A stretch of DNA of 64,000 nt from an uncultured Gemmatimonadaceae bacterium. Lineage in GTDB: Bacteria > Gemmatimonadota > Gemmatimonadetes > Gemmatimonadales > GWC2-71-9. Under the pieces are notes generated by a model. It was not told the DNA's origin. It made no database searches and saw only the letters and a program-made list of their open reading frames with translations. Positions 8,560 through 17,951 of this stretch are shown here, one piece after another. Both the position numbers and the translations under genes were made by a program. The stretch lies in contig CAZNOJ010000002.1 in the NCBI GenBank assembly GCA_964574665.1, positions 6,130-70,129 of the forward strand, given 5' to 3'. Position 1 is the stretch's first letter, and every line of letters begins with the position of its first letter.

Positions 8560-10784
8560 GCGCGGCGCGACAGCGTGGCCTCGACGCGGGCGGAGAGCGC
8601 CCGCGGGCGGAACGGCTTGGTGAGGAAGTCGGTGGCGCCGAGGCGGAGCACCCGCACCTCGTTGTCCTCGTCGCCGCGCGCGGAGAGCACCAGCACGGGG
8701 AGGTTGCGCGTCGCCGGGCGCGAGCGGAGCTGGGCCAGCACGGTATAGCCGTCCACGTTGGGCAGGTTGAGGTCGAGCAGCACCACGTCGGGCGCGAAGC
8801 GGTCCACCTGCTCCAGGGCCTCGGCGCCGTCGCGCGCCTCGCAGACCGCGTACCCCTCCTGCTCGAGGAGGTCGCGCATCACCCGGCGCAGGGTGTCCTC
8901 GTCCTCCACCAGCAGCACGGTGGCCCGGGGCGCGGCCACCGCGTGCTCGCCGCTGTGCGAATCGTCCACCAGCTCGATCCCCTCGAGCAGCTGCTCGGGC
9001 CTCGGCGCGGGCGGGGCGAACGGCACGTGGGCCCCCGGCGCCGCCACCCCGGCGGGGCCGTCGAACGTGGCGGCCGGACGCGCTCCCCGGATGTTGGGCA
9101 CGTCGGCTACGCGGAGCAGCTCCTCGATCGAGGACTTCCCCTCGAGCACGTGACGCAGCCCGCACTCGAACAGGGTGCGCATGCCTTCGGCGCGCGCGGC
9201 GCGCCCGATCTGCTCCGCCGTGGCGCTGCTGCCCACCAGGCGCTCGATCTCCGGCGACACGACCAGGATCTCGACGATCGAGAAGCGGCCGTGATACCCG
9301 GTCTGTGAGCACTGGCTGCAGCCGGTGCCGCGGTAGAGCGCCGCCCCGGCGGGGAGGTATGGCTTGATCCGCGGCGGGATGGAGGCCACGTCCTGCGGCG
9401 CCCGGCAGTGGGGGCAGAGTCGCCGCATCAGCCGCTGGGCGATCACGCCCCGCAGGGCCGCGCCGAGCTTGAAGGGCTCCATCCCCATGTCCACGAGGCG
9501 CGTCACCGTGTTGGGGGCGTCGTTGGTGTGCAGCGTGGAGAGCACGAGGTGGCCGGTGAGCGACGCCTGGATCGCGATCTGCGACGTCTCGATGTCGCGG
9601 ATCTCGCCCACCAGCACCACGTCGGGGTCCTGGCGCAGGATCGACCGCAGCGCGGTCGAGAAGGTGAGCCCCTGCTTCTCGTTCACCTGCACCTGCACGA
9701 TGTTCTTGCCGAGCCGGTACTCGACCGGGTCCTCGACGGTCACGATGTTGATCCCCTCGGCGAGGATCTCGCGGATGCAGGCGTACAGCGTGGTGGTCTT
9801 GCCGGAGCCGGTCGGCCCGGTGCAGAGGATCACGCCTTCCTTGTGGTTGAGGAGGTCGCGGATCAGCTGCTGGTCGTCCTCGTGCATCCCCAGCGTGCTC
9901 AGCTCCAGCATGGTCTGCTGGGTGTCGAGGATGCGGATCACCACCTTCTCGCCGTGGGTGGCGGGCAGGGTCGAGATGCGCAGGTCCACCGGCTTGCCGT
10001 TGACCGCCACGCGGGCCCGGCCGTCCTGCGGCCGCAGCCGGTCGGCGATGTCGAGCCCCGAGATGATCTTGATCCGCGAGATCAGCGGGATGCCGGCCTT
10101 GCGCGGGATCGTCATGGCCTGGCGCAGCACGCCGTCAATCCGGTAGCGGACCACCACGGCCGATTCGCTCGACTCGATGTGGATGTCGCTGGCCCGCGAG
10201 GTGATGCCGTCGGCGAGCAGCACGTCCACCAGCTTGATGATCGGCCGGGAGAGCGCCTCCTGGGCGGCCAGCTCCTCGTCGGCGTCCACCGGGGTGTCCT
10301 CGATGTTCTGCACGTCGAGGTCGTCCATGCCGGCGATCAGCTTGGAGACACCCTCGCCCACCGGCACCCCGTACAACTCGTCGATCTTGTCGAGGATGCG
10401 CGGCGGGGCGGCGAGCGCCATCCGCACCTCGCGGCCGGTGGCAAACGCCAGCGACTGCTCGGCGCCCACGTCGAACGGATTGCCGGTGGCCACCTCCATC
10501 AGCGAGTCGGTGACCTTGATCGCGATCACGCTGTAGCGCCGGGCCAGCGCCTCCGGCAGGGCGTCACGGGTGTAGGAGTTCGCGGTGGTCAGGTCGGCGA
10601 TCGGGAGGCGGCATCGCGCCGACATCGCCGCCAGCAGCTCCGCCTCGCCCACCAGGCGGTCGGCCAGCACCCGCTCCCACAGGGTGCGCTGCTCGGGATC
10701 GGGCAGACGCAGCGACTCGACCACCCCCTCTTCCACCAGGGGGGCGAGCACCGCCAGCATCCACTCGTCGCCGAAATTGCTCAT
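8556..10784 (-). CDS. GspE/PilB-family secretion ATPase fused to a C-terminal response-regulator receiver domain
   Basis: N-terminal T2SSE_N-like domain. Walker A GPTGSGKTT, Walker B DPDVVLVGEIRD and His box GHLVLSTLHTN are present. A tetracysteine motif is present (CPHCRAP...CSQCSQTGYHGR). After a Pro/Ala linker comes an intact REC domain (LLVEDED...VVLLDLNLP...LVLSARG...LTKPF). Confidence 0.88.
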   Translation of the reverse strand: MSNFGDEWMLAVLAPLVEEGVVESLRLPDPEQRTLWERVLADRLVGEAELLAAMSARCRLPIADLTTANSYTRDALPEALARRYSVIAIKVTDSLMEVATGNPFDVGAEQSLAFATGREVRMALAAPPRILDKIDELYGVPVGEGVSKLIAGMDDLDVQNIEDTPVDADEELAAQEALSRPIIKLVDVLLADGITSRASDIHIESSESAVVVRYRIDGVLRQAMTIPRKAGIPLISRIKIISGLDIADRLRPQDGRARVAVNGKPVDLRISTLPATHGEKVVIRILDTQQTMLELSTLGMHEDDQQLIRDLLNHKEGVILCTGPTGSGKTTTLYACIREILAEGINIVTVEDPVEYRLGKNIVQVQVNEKQGLTFSTALRSILRQDPDVVLVGEIRDIETSQIAIQASLTGHLVLSTLHTNDAPNTVTRLVDMGMEPFKLGAALRGVIAQRLMRRLCPHCRAPQDVASIPPRIKPYLPAGAALYRGTGCSQCSQTGYHGRFSIVEILVVSPEIERLVGSSATAEQIGRAARAEGMRTLFECGLRHVLEGKSSIEELLRVADVPNIRGARPAATFDGPAGVAAPGAHVPFAPPAPRPEQLLEGIELVDDSHSGEHAVAAPRATVLLVEDEDTLRRVMRDLLEQEGYAVCEARDGAEALEQVDRFAPDVVLLDLNLPNVDGYTVLAQLRSRPATRNLPVLVLSARGDEDNEVRVLRLGATDFLTKPFRPRALSARVEATLSRRA

Positions 10785-10866
10785 CTGCGATCACTCCCCG
10801 CCACGGGACCGAACCTCCGACATCACCGCAAACTAGAAGCCACCAGCCACTGGTCCAACCGTGGCA

Positions 10867-12840
10867 TCACAGCAACGGCCACCAGTCGGGATGTGCGTCC
10901 AACCCGAGCGACAGGTGGCCGCGCCGAGGGTTCCAGGCCCCCTCCAGCCGCAGCGCGGGGCCCCAGAGTTCCAGGCGCAGGCCCACGAACGGCACCAGGC
11001 CGTCGGCGGCGGCCAGGTCGGGGCGCGGCGGGCCACCGGCCACCGCCAGCCCCGCGAAGGGGGCCACGGCGCTCCCGGGGTGGAAACCAGCCCGCCCAAG
11101 TCGTGGAGCGGGTAGCGACAGCCCGAATGTCCGGGACACCTCTGCCCGCAGGAAGCGTCGTCCGGCAACGCTCCGGGCCGCGGTGGTTGGAACGGAGCCG
11201 ACTCCCCCAAGGACGAACGCCCGGTGTGGCGGCACACCCCCACCGCTCAGACCCACGGCGACATCGCACCGCATTTCTGCCGGAAGCAGGCATCCCGCCG
11301 TGGCCACGCCACGCCACCACCACGACTCCACACGGCCACCCTCGCCCGTCACCGTCCAGCCGCGCCCGGTCCTGGTGCGGCCATCGTGGCGCAGCCACCA
11401 TCGCCACGCCGGGTCGCTGCCGAGCGGTGGATTCTCCCGCACCGTACCGTCGAGGGCCTCGAAGCGGCTCGTGCGCGAGGTGACACGCTCCCGGGCGCCG
11501 CCAAGCACCACGCGGGCGACGCGGAGTTCGCCCGCGACGCGATCCACCTGGTACCAGTCACCGGCGTCATCGCCCGTGAGCGTCGTCGCGAGCGAGTTCA
11601 CCAATCCGCTCCGTCGCGGTTGCCACTCGCTCGACTCCACCGCGCGCTCCGCACGGAGCGCCCACCCCAGTCCGCGCCACACCCCGCTCACCGCGGTGCC
11701 GCCGCTGAGTCGACGATCGGACATCCCCACGGCCGCCTGCAGCTCGAGGGCAACGCCTGCCCGACTCAACCAGCGCATCCCCGCCCCGAGCGTCGGCCCC
11801 TGCACCCGATTGACCCGCACCAGGTGGCTGAGTCCCCGGCCCACTCCGAACCGCACGCCGGGGAGGCCCTCGAGGAGTCGCTGGCTGAGCAACTGGCCGG
11901 CCTGCGCGGTGATCGCCTCGAGCGCGGCGGCCTCGTTGGCCGCTGCCTCGAGATCGATCCGCATCGGTGCCGGCCAGGATCCCGCGCCCGGTGCACGCAG
12001 TCCGGCGATGGCCTCGCCGGCAAACCGGTCCGGGGGATGCACCACCCCGAGGCGGTAGTCATCCAGCTTCCAGTCGGCGCGGATCACGGTCTCGAGCGGC
12101 AGCGCGAGCCACGGCACGGCCCGGGCGATGGTGATGGACTGTCGCCAGGGCAGCCACCAGCTGCCCTCGTGGAGGGCGTTCTCGAGCCGCACCGCGATCG
12201 CGGATACGCTCGGATCGCGGTAGGAGGCGCCGGTGAAGGTGAAGTCGAAGCGCACCAGTGCCGCGCGATCCACGTCGAGGTACAGCACGCCCACCGCGCC
12301 GGGGCCCTCGGCATCCGCCGGTCGCACTTCGATCGCCACGGCGCGCAACGAGCCGGCGGGCCCGCCCAGCACCAGGGTGTCGCCCGGCCGGAATCGGTAA
12401 TGCTCGAGGCCCCTGGACGAGAGCGGGTGCGGGACGTCGCGGACCTCGTCGCCCTCGCCGAGCCGGATCTGGTCCCCGAAGTCCTGGGTCACGATGCCCA
12501 GGTGGTCGCGGTGGTAGACGATGCTGGTGGGCTGCAGGATGCTGTCTCGCCACGCCACGATGACCTGCTTGCTCCGGCTCGGGGCTTCCCCGTACACTTC
12601 GACCCGCAACTCGTCGACCCGGATCACCCGCTCGATCGGCGTTTCCCCGTGACGCATGACCGCTGCAAATCGGACGGTGCCCTCCGCCGTGGCCTGCCAT
12701 CGCGCGAGCGACCCGGCAGCGTCGCGGCGGCTGCGCTCGCTCGCGGCGCGGCGCACCACGTCGAGCCCGTCGCCCCGTTGCCACTGCGCCGGAAGCGTCG
12801 CCACCGGCAGCAGCAGGGCAAGCGCGGTCACCAATCGCAT
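10867..12840 (-). CDS. Hypothetical exported protein (possibly outer-membrane associated)
   Basis: The ATG at 12840 gives the signal-like N-terminus MRLVTALALLLPVATLPAQ. The upstream 137 codons of the track ORF have no support. The sequence is beta-rich with a Gly/Arg/Trp-rich C-terminal third. No motif recognised. Confidence 0.5.
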   Translation of the reverse strand: MRLVTALALLLPVATLPAQWQRGDGLDVVRRAASERSRRDAAGSLARWQATAEGTVRFAAVMRHGETPIERVIRVDELRVEVYGEAPSRSKQVIVAWRDSILQPTSIVYHRDHLGIVTQDFGDQIRLGEGDEVRDVPHPLSSRGLEHYRFRPGDTLVLGGPAGSLRAVAIEVRPADAEGPGAVGVLYLDVDRAALVRFDFTFTGASYRDPSVSAIAVRLENALHEGSWWLPWRQSITIARAVPWLALPLETVIRADWKLDDYRLGVVHPPDRFAGEAIAGLRAPGAGSWPAPMRIDLEAAANEAAALEAITAQAGQLLSQRLLEGLPGVRFGVGRGLSHLVRVNRVQGPTLGAGMRWLSRAGVALELQAAVGMSDRRLSGGTAVSGVWRGLGWALRAERAVESSEWQPRRSGLVNSLATTLTGDDAGDWYQVDRVAGELRVARVVLGGARERVTSRTSRFEALDGTVRENPPLGSDPAWRWWLRHDGRTRTGRGWTVTGEGGRVESWWWRGVATAGCLLPAEMRCDVAVGLSGGGVPPHRAFVLGGVGSVPTTAARSVAGRRFLRAEVSRTFGLSLPAPRLGRAGFHPGSAVAPFAGLAVAGGPPRPDLAAADGLVPFVGLRLELWGPALRLEGAWNPRRGHLSLGLDAHPDWWPLL

Positions 12841-12864
12841 GGTCGGAAGATAGGAGCGCTGCTC

Positions 12865-13428
12865 GTGCTGGCCGGCACGATCGGCTGCGCGGCGCGGCCC
12901 TTTGCGCCCGAGAGCGGCCCCAGTCGCGCAGATCGGGTGGCCGCCCTGCCGGCCCAGCCCGCCGACCGGGTGCTGCTGGCCAATCGGGCCGGGGTCTCGC
13001 CGCCGGACACCGTGGTGCAGTTCGCCGCGCGGGATGGGCGCACCATCGTGCTGCGTCACGCGCCGCCCGACAATGCCGTCTTCGTGGTGGTGCAGGTGCC
13101 CGCCGACACCGCCGCGGGCGATTCGCTCCAGCTCACGCTCAGGCCCGTGCCGGGACGCTATGGCGTCGTGGTGCAGGCGGAGCCGCGGCTGCCGAGCGGG
13201 GCCTCGGTGGCCTTCTCGTACGCCATCCACTTCGCACCGCCGGACAACCACCCGACGGCGGCCTACCCGACCGCGGCCCGCTATGCCGACTGGCTGGCGA
13301 TCCTCCGGGTCCAGGCCGATGGCAGCTACCGCTTCCTCGCCACGTCGCGTCCGGCCACCGACATGGTGCGCGCCATGCTCGAGCAGCCGGGGGAATACCT
13401 CGTCGGCGCACCGGTGACCCCGCCGTGA
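12865..13428 (+). CDS. Hypothetical protein, lipoprotein-like, start unresolved (possible 1-nt frameshift near 12839-12841)
   Basis: The frame is open upstream and reads ...GRKIGALLVLAGTIGCAARPF (lipobox LAGTIGC). The only in-frame canonical start is the GTG at 12865, which truncates the signal peptide. The stop overlaps the trpE start (GTGA). See findings. Confidence 0.4.
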   Translation: MLAGTIGCAARPFAPESGPSRADRVAALPAQPADRVLLANRAGVSPPDTVVQFAARDGRTIVLRHAPPDNAVFVVVQVPADTAAGDSLQLTLRPVPGRYGVVVQAEPRLPSGASVAFSYAIHFAPPDNHPTAAYPTAARYADWLAILRVQADGSYRFLATSRPATDMVRAMLEQPGEYLVGAPVTPP

Positions 13429-14927
13429 GCAGCGCGGTGCTCGACCAGTGCCGCGAGGCGCTGGCCAAGGGGCACGGGCGCTACCCCGTGGTGCGCGAGC
13501 TCGTGCTCGACGGCGACACGCCGGTCTCGGCGTTCGCGAAGCTGCACCGCGGCGAGTACGGGTTCCTCCTCGAGTCGCTCGAGGGCGGCGAGCGGTGGGC
13601 GCGCTTCACCTTTCTCGCCACGGAGCCCGCCGCCGTGTATCGGTACCGCGGCGAGCAGGTCGAGCAGCGCTGCGACGACGGAACCTGGCAGGCGCTGGCC
13701 GCGCCGATGCCTCCGCTCGACCACCTCGGCGCCCTGGTGCGGCCCGTCACCGCCCCGGCGGTGGAGGGGTTGCCGCGCTTCACCGGGGGCGCCGTGGGGT
13801 TCTGGGGCTACGACGTGGTGCGCACCATCGAGCGCCTGCCGGATCCTCCCGACGACGACCGCGATCTCCCCGATGCCGTGGTGATGCTGGTGGACACCTT
13901 GCTGGTGCTCGACCACCTCCACCACCGCGCCACCGTGATCGCCAACGTGCCGCTGGACGGACCCGCAGACGACGCCACGCTCCGGGCCCGCATCGCCGCC
14001 GCCGAGGAACGCGCCGGGGACTGGGTGCGGCGGCTGTCGGATCCGTCTTCGCTGGTCCCGCTCGCCACGCGCGGGTCCCCATCACCCTGCCCGACCACGT
14101 CCCCCTTTTCCGACGCGGCGTTCCGGGCCGGTGTCGCCCGGTGCCAGGAACACATCGCGGCCGGCGACGCCTTCCAGGTGGTGCTCTCGCGGCGCCTCGA
14201 CGTGACCTGGCACGGCGAGCCCTTCGACGTGTACCGGTGGCTGCGCTCGCTCAATCCCGCCCCGTACTGCTACTTCCTCCGGCTCGGCGAGTTGACGCTG
14301 GCCGGCGCCTCCCCCGAGGTGCTGGTGCGAGTGGAGTCCGGCAGCGTCACGGTGCGGCCGATTGCGGGGACGCGCCCCAGGGGTGCCGATCCCGACGAGG
14401 ATGCCGCGCTCGAGGCCGACCTGCGCGCCGACCCGAAGGAGTGCGCCGAGCACCAGATGCTGGTGGACCTCGGCCGCAACGACGTGGGACGGGTGGCGGC
14501 ATGGGGGAGCGTCGAGGTGACGACCCACATGACGGTGGAACGCTACGCCAGGGTGATGCACCTGGTCAGCGAGGTGCGCGGCCGGTTGCGGGACGGCAAT
14601 GACGCGCTCGATGCCCTCCGGGCCACCTTCCCGGCCGGCACCGTGAGCGGAGCGCCCAAGGTGCGCGCGATGGAGATCATTGACGCGCTGGAACCGACGC
14701 GGCGCGGCCCCTACGCCGGCGCCGTCGGGTACGTCGGCTACGGCGCGCGCACCCTCGACACCGCCATCGCCATCCGCACCGTGGTGTTCACGCCGGACCG
14801 TGTCTCGGTGCAGGCGGGGGCCGGCATCGTGGCCGACTCCGACCCGGCCATGGAACTGCGCGAGACGGAGATCAAGGCCGCGGCCCCGCTCATGGCGCTG
14901 GCGCAAAGCGTGAAGGGTGAAGGGTGA
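13425..14927 (+). CDS. trpE: Anthranilate synthase component I
   Basis: Family motifs LESLEGGERWARFTF, PIAGTRPRG, GRNDVGRV and MEIIDALEPTRRGPYAGAVGY. 500 aa. The last six codons (VKGEG plus stop) lie inside repeat copy C. Confidence 0.92.
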   Translation: MSSAVLDQCREALAKGHGRYPVVRELVLDGDTPVSAFAKLHRGEYGFLLESLEGGERWARFTFLATEPAAVYRYRGEQVEQRCDDGTWQALAAPMPPLDHLGALVRPVTAPAVEGLPRFTGGAVGFWGYDVVRTIERLPDPPDDDRDLPDAVVMLVDTLLVLDHLHHRATVIANVPLDGPADDATLRARIAAAEERAGDWVRRLSDPSSLVPLATRGSPSPCPTTSPFSDAAFRAGVARCQEHIAAGDAFQVVLSRRLDVTWHGEPFDVYRWLRSLNPAPYCYFLRLGELTLAGASPEVLVRVESGSVTVRPIAGTRPRGADPDEDAALEADLRADPKECAEHQMLVDLGRNDVGRVAAWGSVEVTTHMTVERYARVMHLVSEVRGRLRDGNDALDALRATFPAGTVSGAPKVRAMEIIDALEPTRRGPYAGAVGYVGYGARTLDTAIAIRTVVFTPDRVSVQAGAGIVADSDPAMELRETEIKAAAPLMALAQSVKGEG

Positions 14928-14976
14928 AGGGTAAAGCGGGTTGAGGCCGATTCCCCCTTCACCCTTCACGCTTCAC
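14910..14976. repeat. Tandem-heptamer hairpin element, GTGAAGG family (copy C), between convergent trpE and maf
   Basis: The left arm is 3 x GTGAAGG plus GTAAAGC (14910-14937). The right arm is CCTTCAC, CCTTCAC, GCTTCAC (14956-14976). It contains the trpE stop (14925-14927) and the maf stop (14973-14975). Confidence 0.9.
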
Positions 14977-15554
14977 GTTCCAGGCCTCCCGAACCGATAC
15001 CGATATCCCGCTTCCTCGAGCAGCTCGAGCACCAGCCGCACCGGCAGCCCCATCACGCCGAAGAAATCGCCGTCAATCCGCTCCACCAGCGCGGCGCCCC
15101 ACCCCTGGATGCCGTACCCACCCGCCTTGTCCAGCGGCTCGCCGGTGGCCACGTAATCGCGCAGCCATTCGGCCTCGGCCCGGTGAAAGGTGACGGCGGT
15201 GCGATCGTGCCGCACCCGTTCCACCCCGTCGGCCATCAGGCAGACCGCAGTCACCACGTGGTGGGTGCGCCCCTGCAGCCGGAGCAGCATGGCCAGGGCG
15301 TCGGCGTCGTCGCGCGGCTTCTCGAGGATCTCGTCGTCGAGCACCACGATGGTGTCCGCGCCGAGCACCAGGCGGCCCGGCACCGCGCGGGCCTTGTCGC
15401 GGGCGAGGCGGCGGGCGTAGGCCTCTGGCAACTCGCCGGGGAGCGGGATCTCCTGCACGTTGGCCGGTTGCACCAGCACCGGGAGGCGCAGCATCTCGAG
15501 CAACTGCTGGCGGCGGGGGGACGCCGAGGCCAGCACGATCGTGGGGAAGGTCAT
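14973..15554 (-). CDS. maf: Maf-family nucleoside triphosphate pyrophosphatase
   Basis: [19 protein letters not shown]..., [17 protein letters not shown] and GGYGIQG are typical Maf motifs. The ATG at 15554 overlaps the dtd stop (ATGA). Confidence 0.88.
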   Translation of the reverse strand: MTFPTIVLASASPRRQQLLEMLRLPVLVQPANVQEIPLPGELPEAYARRLARDKARAVPGRLVLGADTIVVLDDEILEKPRDDADALAMLLRLQGRTHHVVTAVCLMADGVERVRHDRTAVTFHRAEAEWLRDYVATGEPLDKAGGYGIQGWGAALVERIDGDFFGVMGLPVRLVLELLEEAGYRYRFGRPGT

Positions 15555-15997
15555 GCGGCGGTCCGCTCCAGGATCAGGGTCACCGGGCCGTCGTTGACGA
15601 GCGATACCTGCATGTCTGCGCCGAACTCGCCGGTGGCCACCGTGACCCCTCGCTCCCGGAGCGCGGCGATGAAGCGCTCGTACAGCGGAATCGCCACCTC
15701 GGGCGGCGCGGCGCTGATGAACGACGGGCGACGCCCGCGGCTGGCGTCGCCGAACAGGGTGAACTGCGACACCACCAGGATCGCCCCGCCCACCTCGCCC
15801 AGGTCGCGGTTCATCTTGCCATCGGCGTCGGCGAACAGCCGGAGGCCGACCACCTTGTCGGCCATCCATGCCACCACCGCGGCATCGTCGCCCTGGGTGA
15901 ACCCCACCAGCACCAGGTATCCGGCGCCGATCCGCGCGGTCTCCGTCCCGCCGATCCGCACCGCGGCCTCGCGCACCCGCTGCAGCACCACGCGCAT
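15551..15997 (-). CDS. dtd: D-aminoacyl-tRNA deacylase
   Basis: MRVVLQRV..., VSQFTLFGD and the size (148 aa) fit Dtd. The upstream part of the track ORF was discarded. Confidence 0.88.
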   Translation of the reverse strand: MRVVLQRVREAAVRIGGTETARIGAGYLVLVGFTQGDDAAVVAWMADKVVGLRLFADADGKMNRDLGEVGGAILVVSQFTLFGDASRGRRPSFISAAPPEVAIPLYERFIAALRERGVTVATGEFGADMQVSLVNDGPVTLILERTAA

Positions 15998-16105
15998 CGC
16001 ACCTCCCCGTGCGGCGGGAAGTCTAAGCCGAGGCGCGGCGCGCAGGAATTGACCCACCGTTGAGGGTGAGGTGGCATCGTGTCCAGGTCTCGTCCTGGAG
16101 GCCCG

Positions 16106-16693
16106 ATGCGCCGTGCCCTGTTGCTCTTGCTGCTCTCGCCCGCCGCCCTCGCGGCTCAGTTCGACTTCACCGTGCGCGCCGGACTCGCCGCCCACGGCAA
16201 CCATGCCCACGACCCTTCGGCGAGCGACCATCCGGGATTCGCCCCGAGCACCTCGGTCACGCTCGGGGCCGCCGTGGGATACGCCAGGGGGAAGTCACGC
16301 GCGGCGATCGCGCTCCGTCACCAGGCCCCCGACCTGGTGCTGCGCGGCGATGACGCGGCGGTGGTGTCGCCGGGCGTGCTGCGCCAGCTCACCCTGGCCG
16401 CCACCATGGGGCGCCGGCTCGCGGGTGGGTCGGCGACTCCCGCGCTCTGGGTGGAGGTCGGGGTCGCCCGCAGCCGCTGGAGCTTCCGGGGCTTCGATGA
16501 CCCGCCCCATGCCGGCTGGACCGCGCTGGCCGCCCTCGAGGCCACGCTCGCGCTGGCAGGGCGGTGGCACGGCGTGCTCCGGGTGGAGGGGGGCCTCGGC
16601 GGTTCGATGTTCGCCGAGGCACCGATCGAGGGATACACCACCCGGACACCGACGCGCGGCACCGTGGAGCTGGGGCTTCGCCTGCTGCCCTGA
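16106..16693 (+). CDS. Hypothetical exported protein, small beta-barrel-like
   Basis: The ATG at 16106 is preceded by GGAG. Signal peptide [18 protein letters not shown]. Alternating hydrophobic pattern. No motif recognised. Confidence 0.5.
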   Translation: MRRALLLLLLSPAALAAQFDFTVRAGLAAHGNHAHDPSASDHPGFAPSTSVTLGAAVGYARGKSRAAIALRHQAPDLVLRGDDAAVVSPGVLRQLTLAATMGRRLAGGSATPALWVEVGVARSRWSFRGFDDPPHAGWTALAALEATLALAGRWHGVLRVEGGLGGSMFAEAPIEGYTTRTPTRGTVELGLRLLP

Positions 16694-16733
16694 CGGGCTA
16701 TCGTTGGGATGACTCCCACGCCAAGGTCCCCCC

Positions 16734-17873
16734 GTGCACCGCCTGCTCGCCGTCCTGCTCGCCGCCCCCCTCGTGACCGCCACGGCGCAGGACGACGCGC
16801 GCTGGCGCGACGCGGTGGCCGCCCTCGCCCGGTACACCGCCGCCGACTCGACGGTGGGCGCCGCCCTGGTGCTGGTGCGCGACGGCGAGATCGTGCGGGA
16901 GGCGTATCACGGCTTCGCGGATCGGGACCGGGGAACCCCGGCCGGCCGTCACACCCTCTGGCACTGGGGATCCATCACCAAGACACTCACCGCCGTGGCG
17001 GTGATGCAGCTGGTCGAGCTTGGACGGCTCTCCCTCGATCGCCCCGCCGTCGAGCTGGTCCCGGAACTGGCCCGGATCCACAACCCGCACGGCAGCATGG
17101 CCGCGGTCACGGTGCGGATGCTGCTGTCCCACAGCTCGGGACTCCAGGCGGGCACCTGGCCCTGGAGTCGCGGCGAGGCCTGGGAACCGTTCGAGCCCAC
17201 GGAATGGGACCAGCTCGTCGCCATGATGCCCTACATGCGGCTGCAGTTCGCCCCGGGCACGCGGTACGGCTACTCCAATCCCGGCGTGGTGTACCTGGCG
17301 CGCATCCTCGAACGCCTCACCGGTGATCCCTGGCAGGGCTACATCCACAAGAACCTCTTCCTGCCGCTCGACCTCCGCGAGTCGTACTTCGGGGCCACCC
17401 CGTGGCACCTTGCCGGCGTGCGGTCGCACAACTACGCGGTGACCGCGACCGGGGTGGTGGACCGGGGAGCGGATTTCGATCCCGGGATCACGATCCCCAA
17501 CGGCGGCTGGAACGCGTCCGTGGGCGACCTCGCCCGGTGGATCGGGTTCCTGTCGGGCTCCGCGGACTCGGTGCGCCAGGCGCGCCACGACCGGATCCTG
17601 CCCCGGCGCAGTCTGGAGGCGATGTGGCAGCCGCTGGTGCGGGTCAACGCCGAGGAGGAGATGGGGCTGTCGTTCTTCCTGCGGCGCGCCGGCGGGCGGC
17701 TGCTGGTGGGCCACACCGGCACGCAGGCCAACTTCCGGTCCTTCTTCTGGCTCGACCCCGCCACGCGCACCGCGGTCGTCGGGGTGGTGAACACGAGCAG
17801 CGCCGTCGACGGGGCGCGCTCGACGGCGGGGTTCAATGCATTGATGGGGGTGGCCAGGGAGGTGTTGAACTGA
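16734..17873 (+). CDS. Serine hydrolase of the beta-lactamase/PBP (class C-like) family
   Basis: Signal peptide present. An SxxK motif sits in WHWGSITKTLTAV. A YSN motif sits in YGYSNPG. 379 aa. Confidence 0.8.
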   Translation: MHRLLAVLLAAPLVTATAQDDARWRDAVAALARYTAADSTVGAALVLVRDGEIVREAYHGFADRDRGTPAGRHTLWHWGSITKTLTAVAVMQLVELGRLSLDRPAVELVPELARIHNPHGSMAAVTVRMLLSHSSGLQAGTWPWSRGEAWEPFEPTEWDQLVAMMPYMRLQFAPGTRYGYSNPGVVYLARILERLTGDPWQGYIHKNLFLPLDLRESYFGATPWHLAGVRSHNYAVTATGVVDRGADFDPGITIPNGGWNASVGDLARWIGFLSGSADSVRQARHDRILPRRSLEAMWQPLVRVNAEEEMGLSFFLRRAGGRLLVGHTGTQANFRSFFWLDPATRTAVVGVVNTSSAVDGARSTAGFNALMGVAREVLN

Positions 17874-17874
17874 C

Positions 17875-17947
17875 AGGAGGGCGGAGGGCGGAGGACAGCG
17901 GACGGAGCGCGTGGTGCGCTCGATCCTCCGTCCTCTACCCTCCGTGC
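17875..17947. repeat. Tandem-heptamer hairpin element, GGAGGRC family (copy F), between the convergent beta-lactamase-family gene and glmS
   Basis: The left arm is GGAGGGC, GGAGGGC, GGAGGAC then ..GGACGGAG (17877-17907). The right arm is CCTCCGTCCTCTACCCTCCGTGC (17925-17947). It starts 2 nt after the TGA at 17871-17873. Confidence 0.85.
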
Positions 17948-17951
17948 TCGA

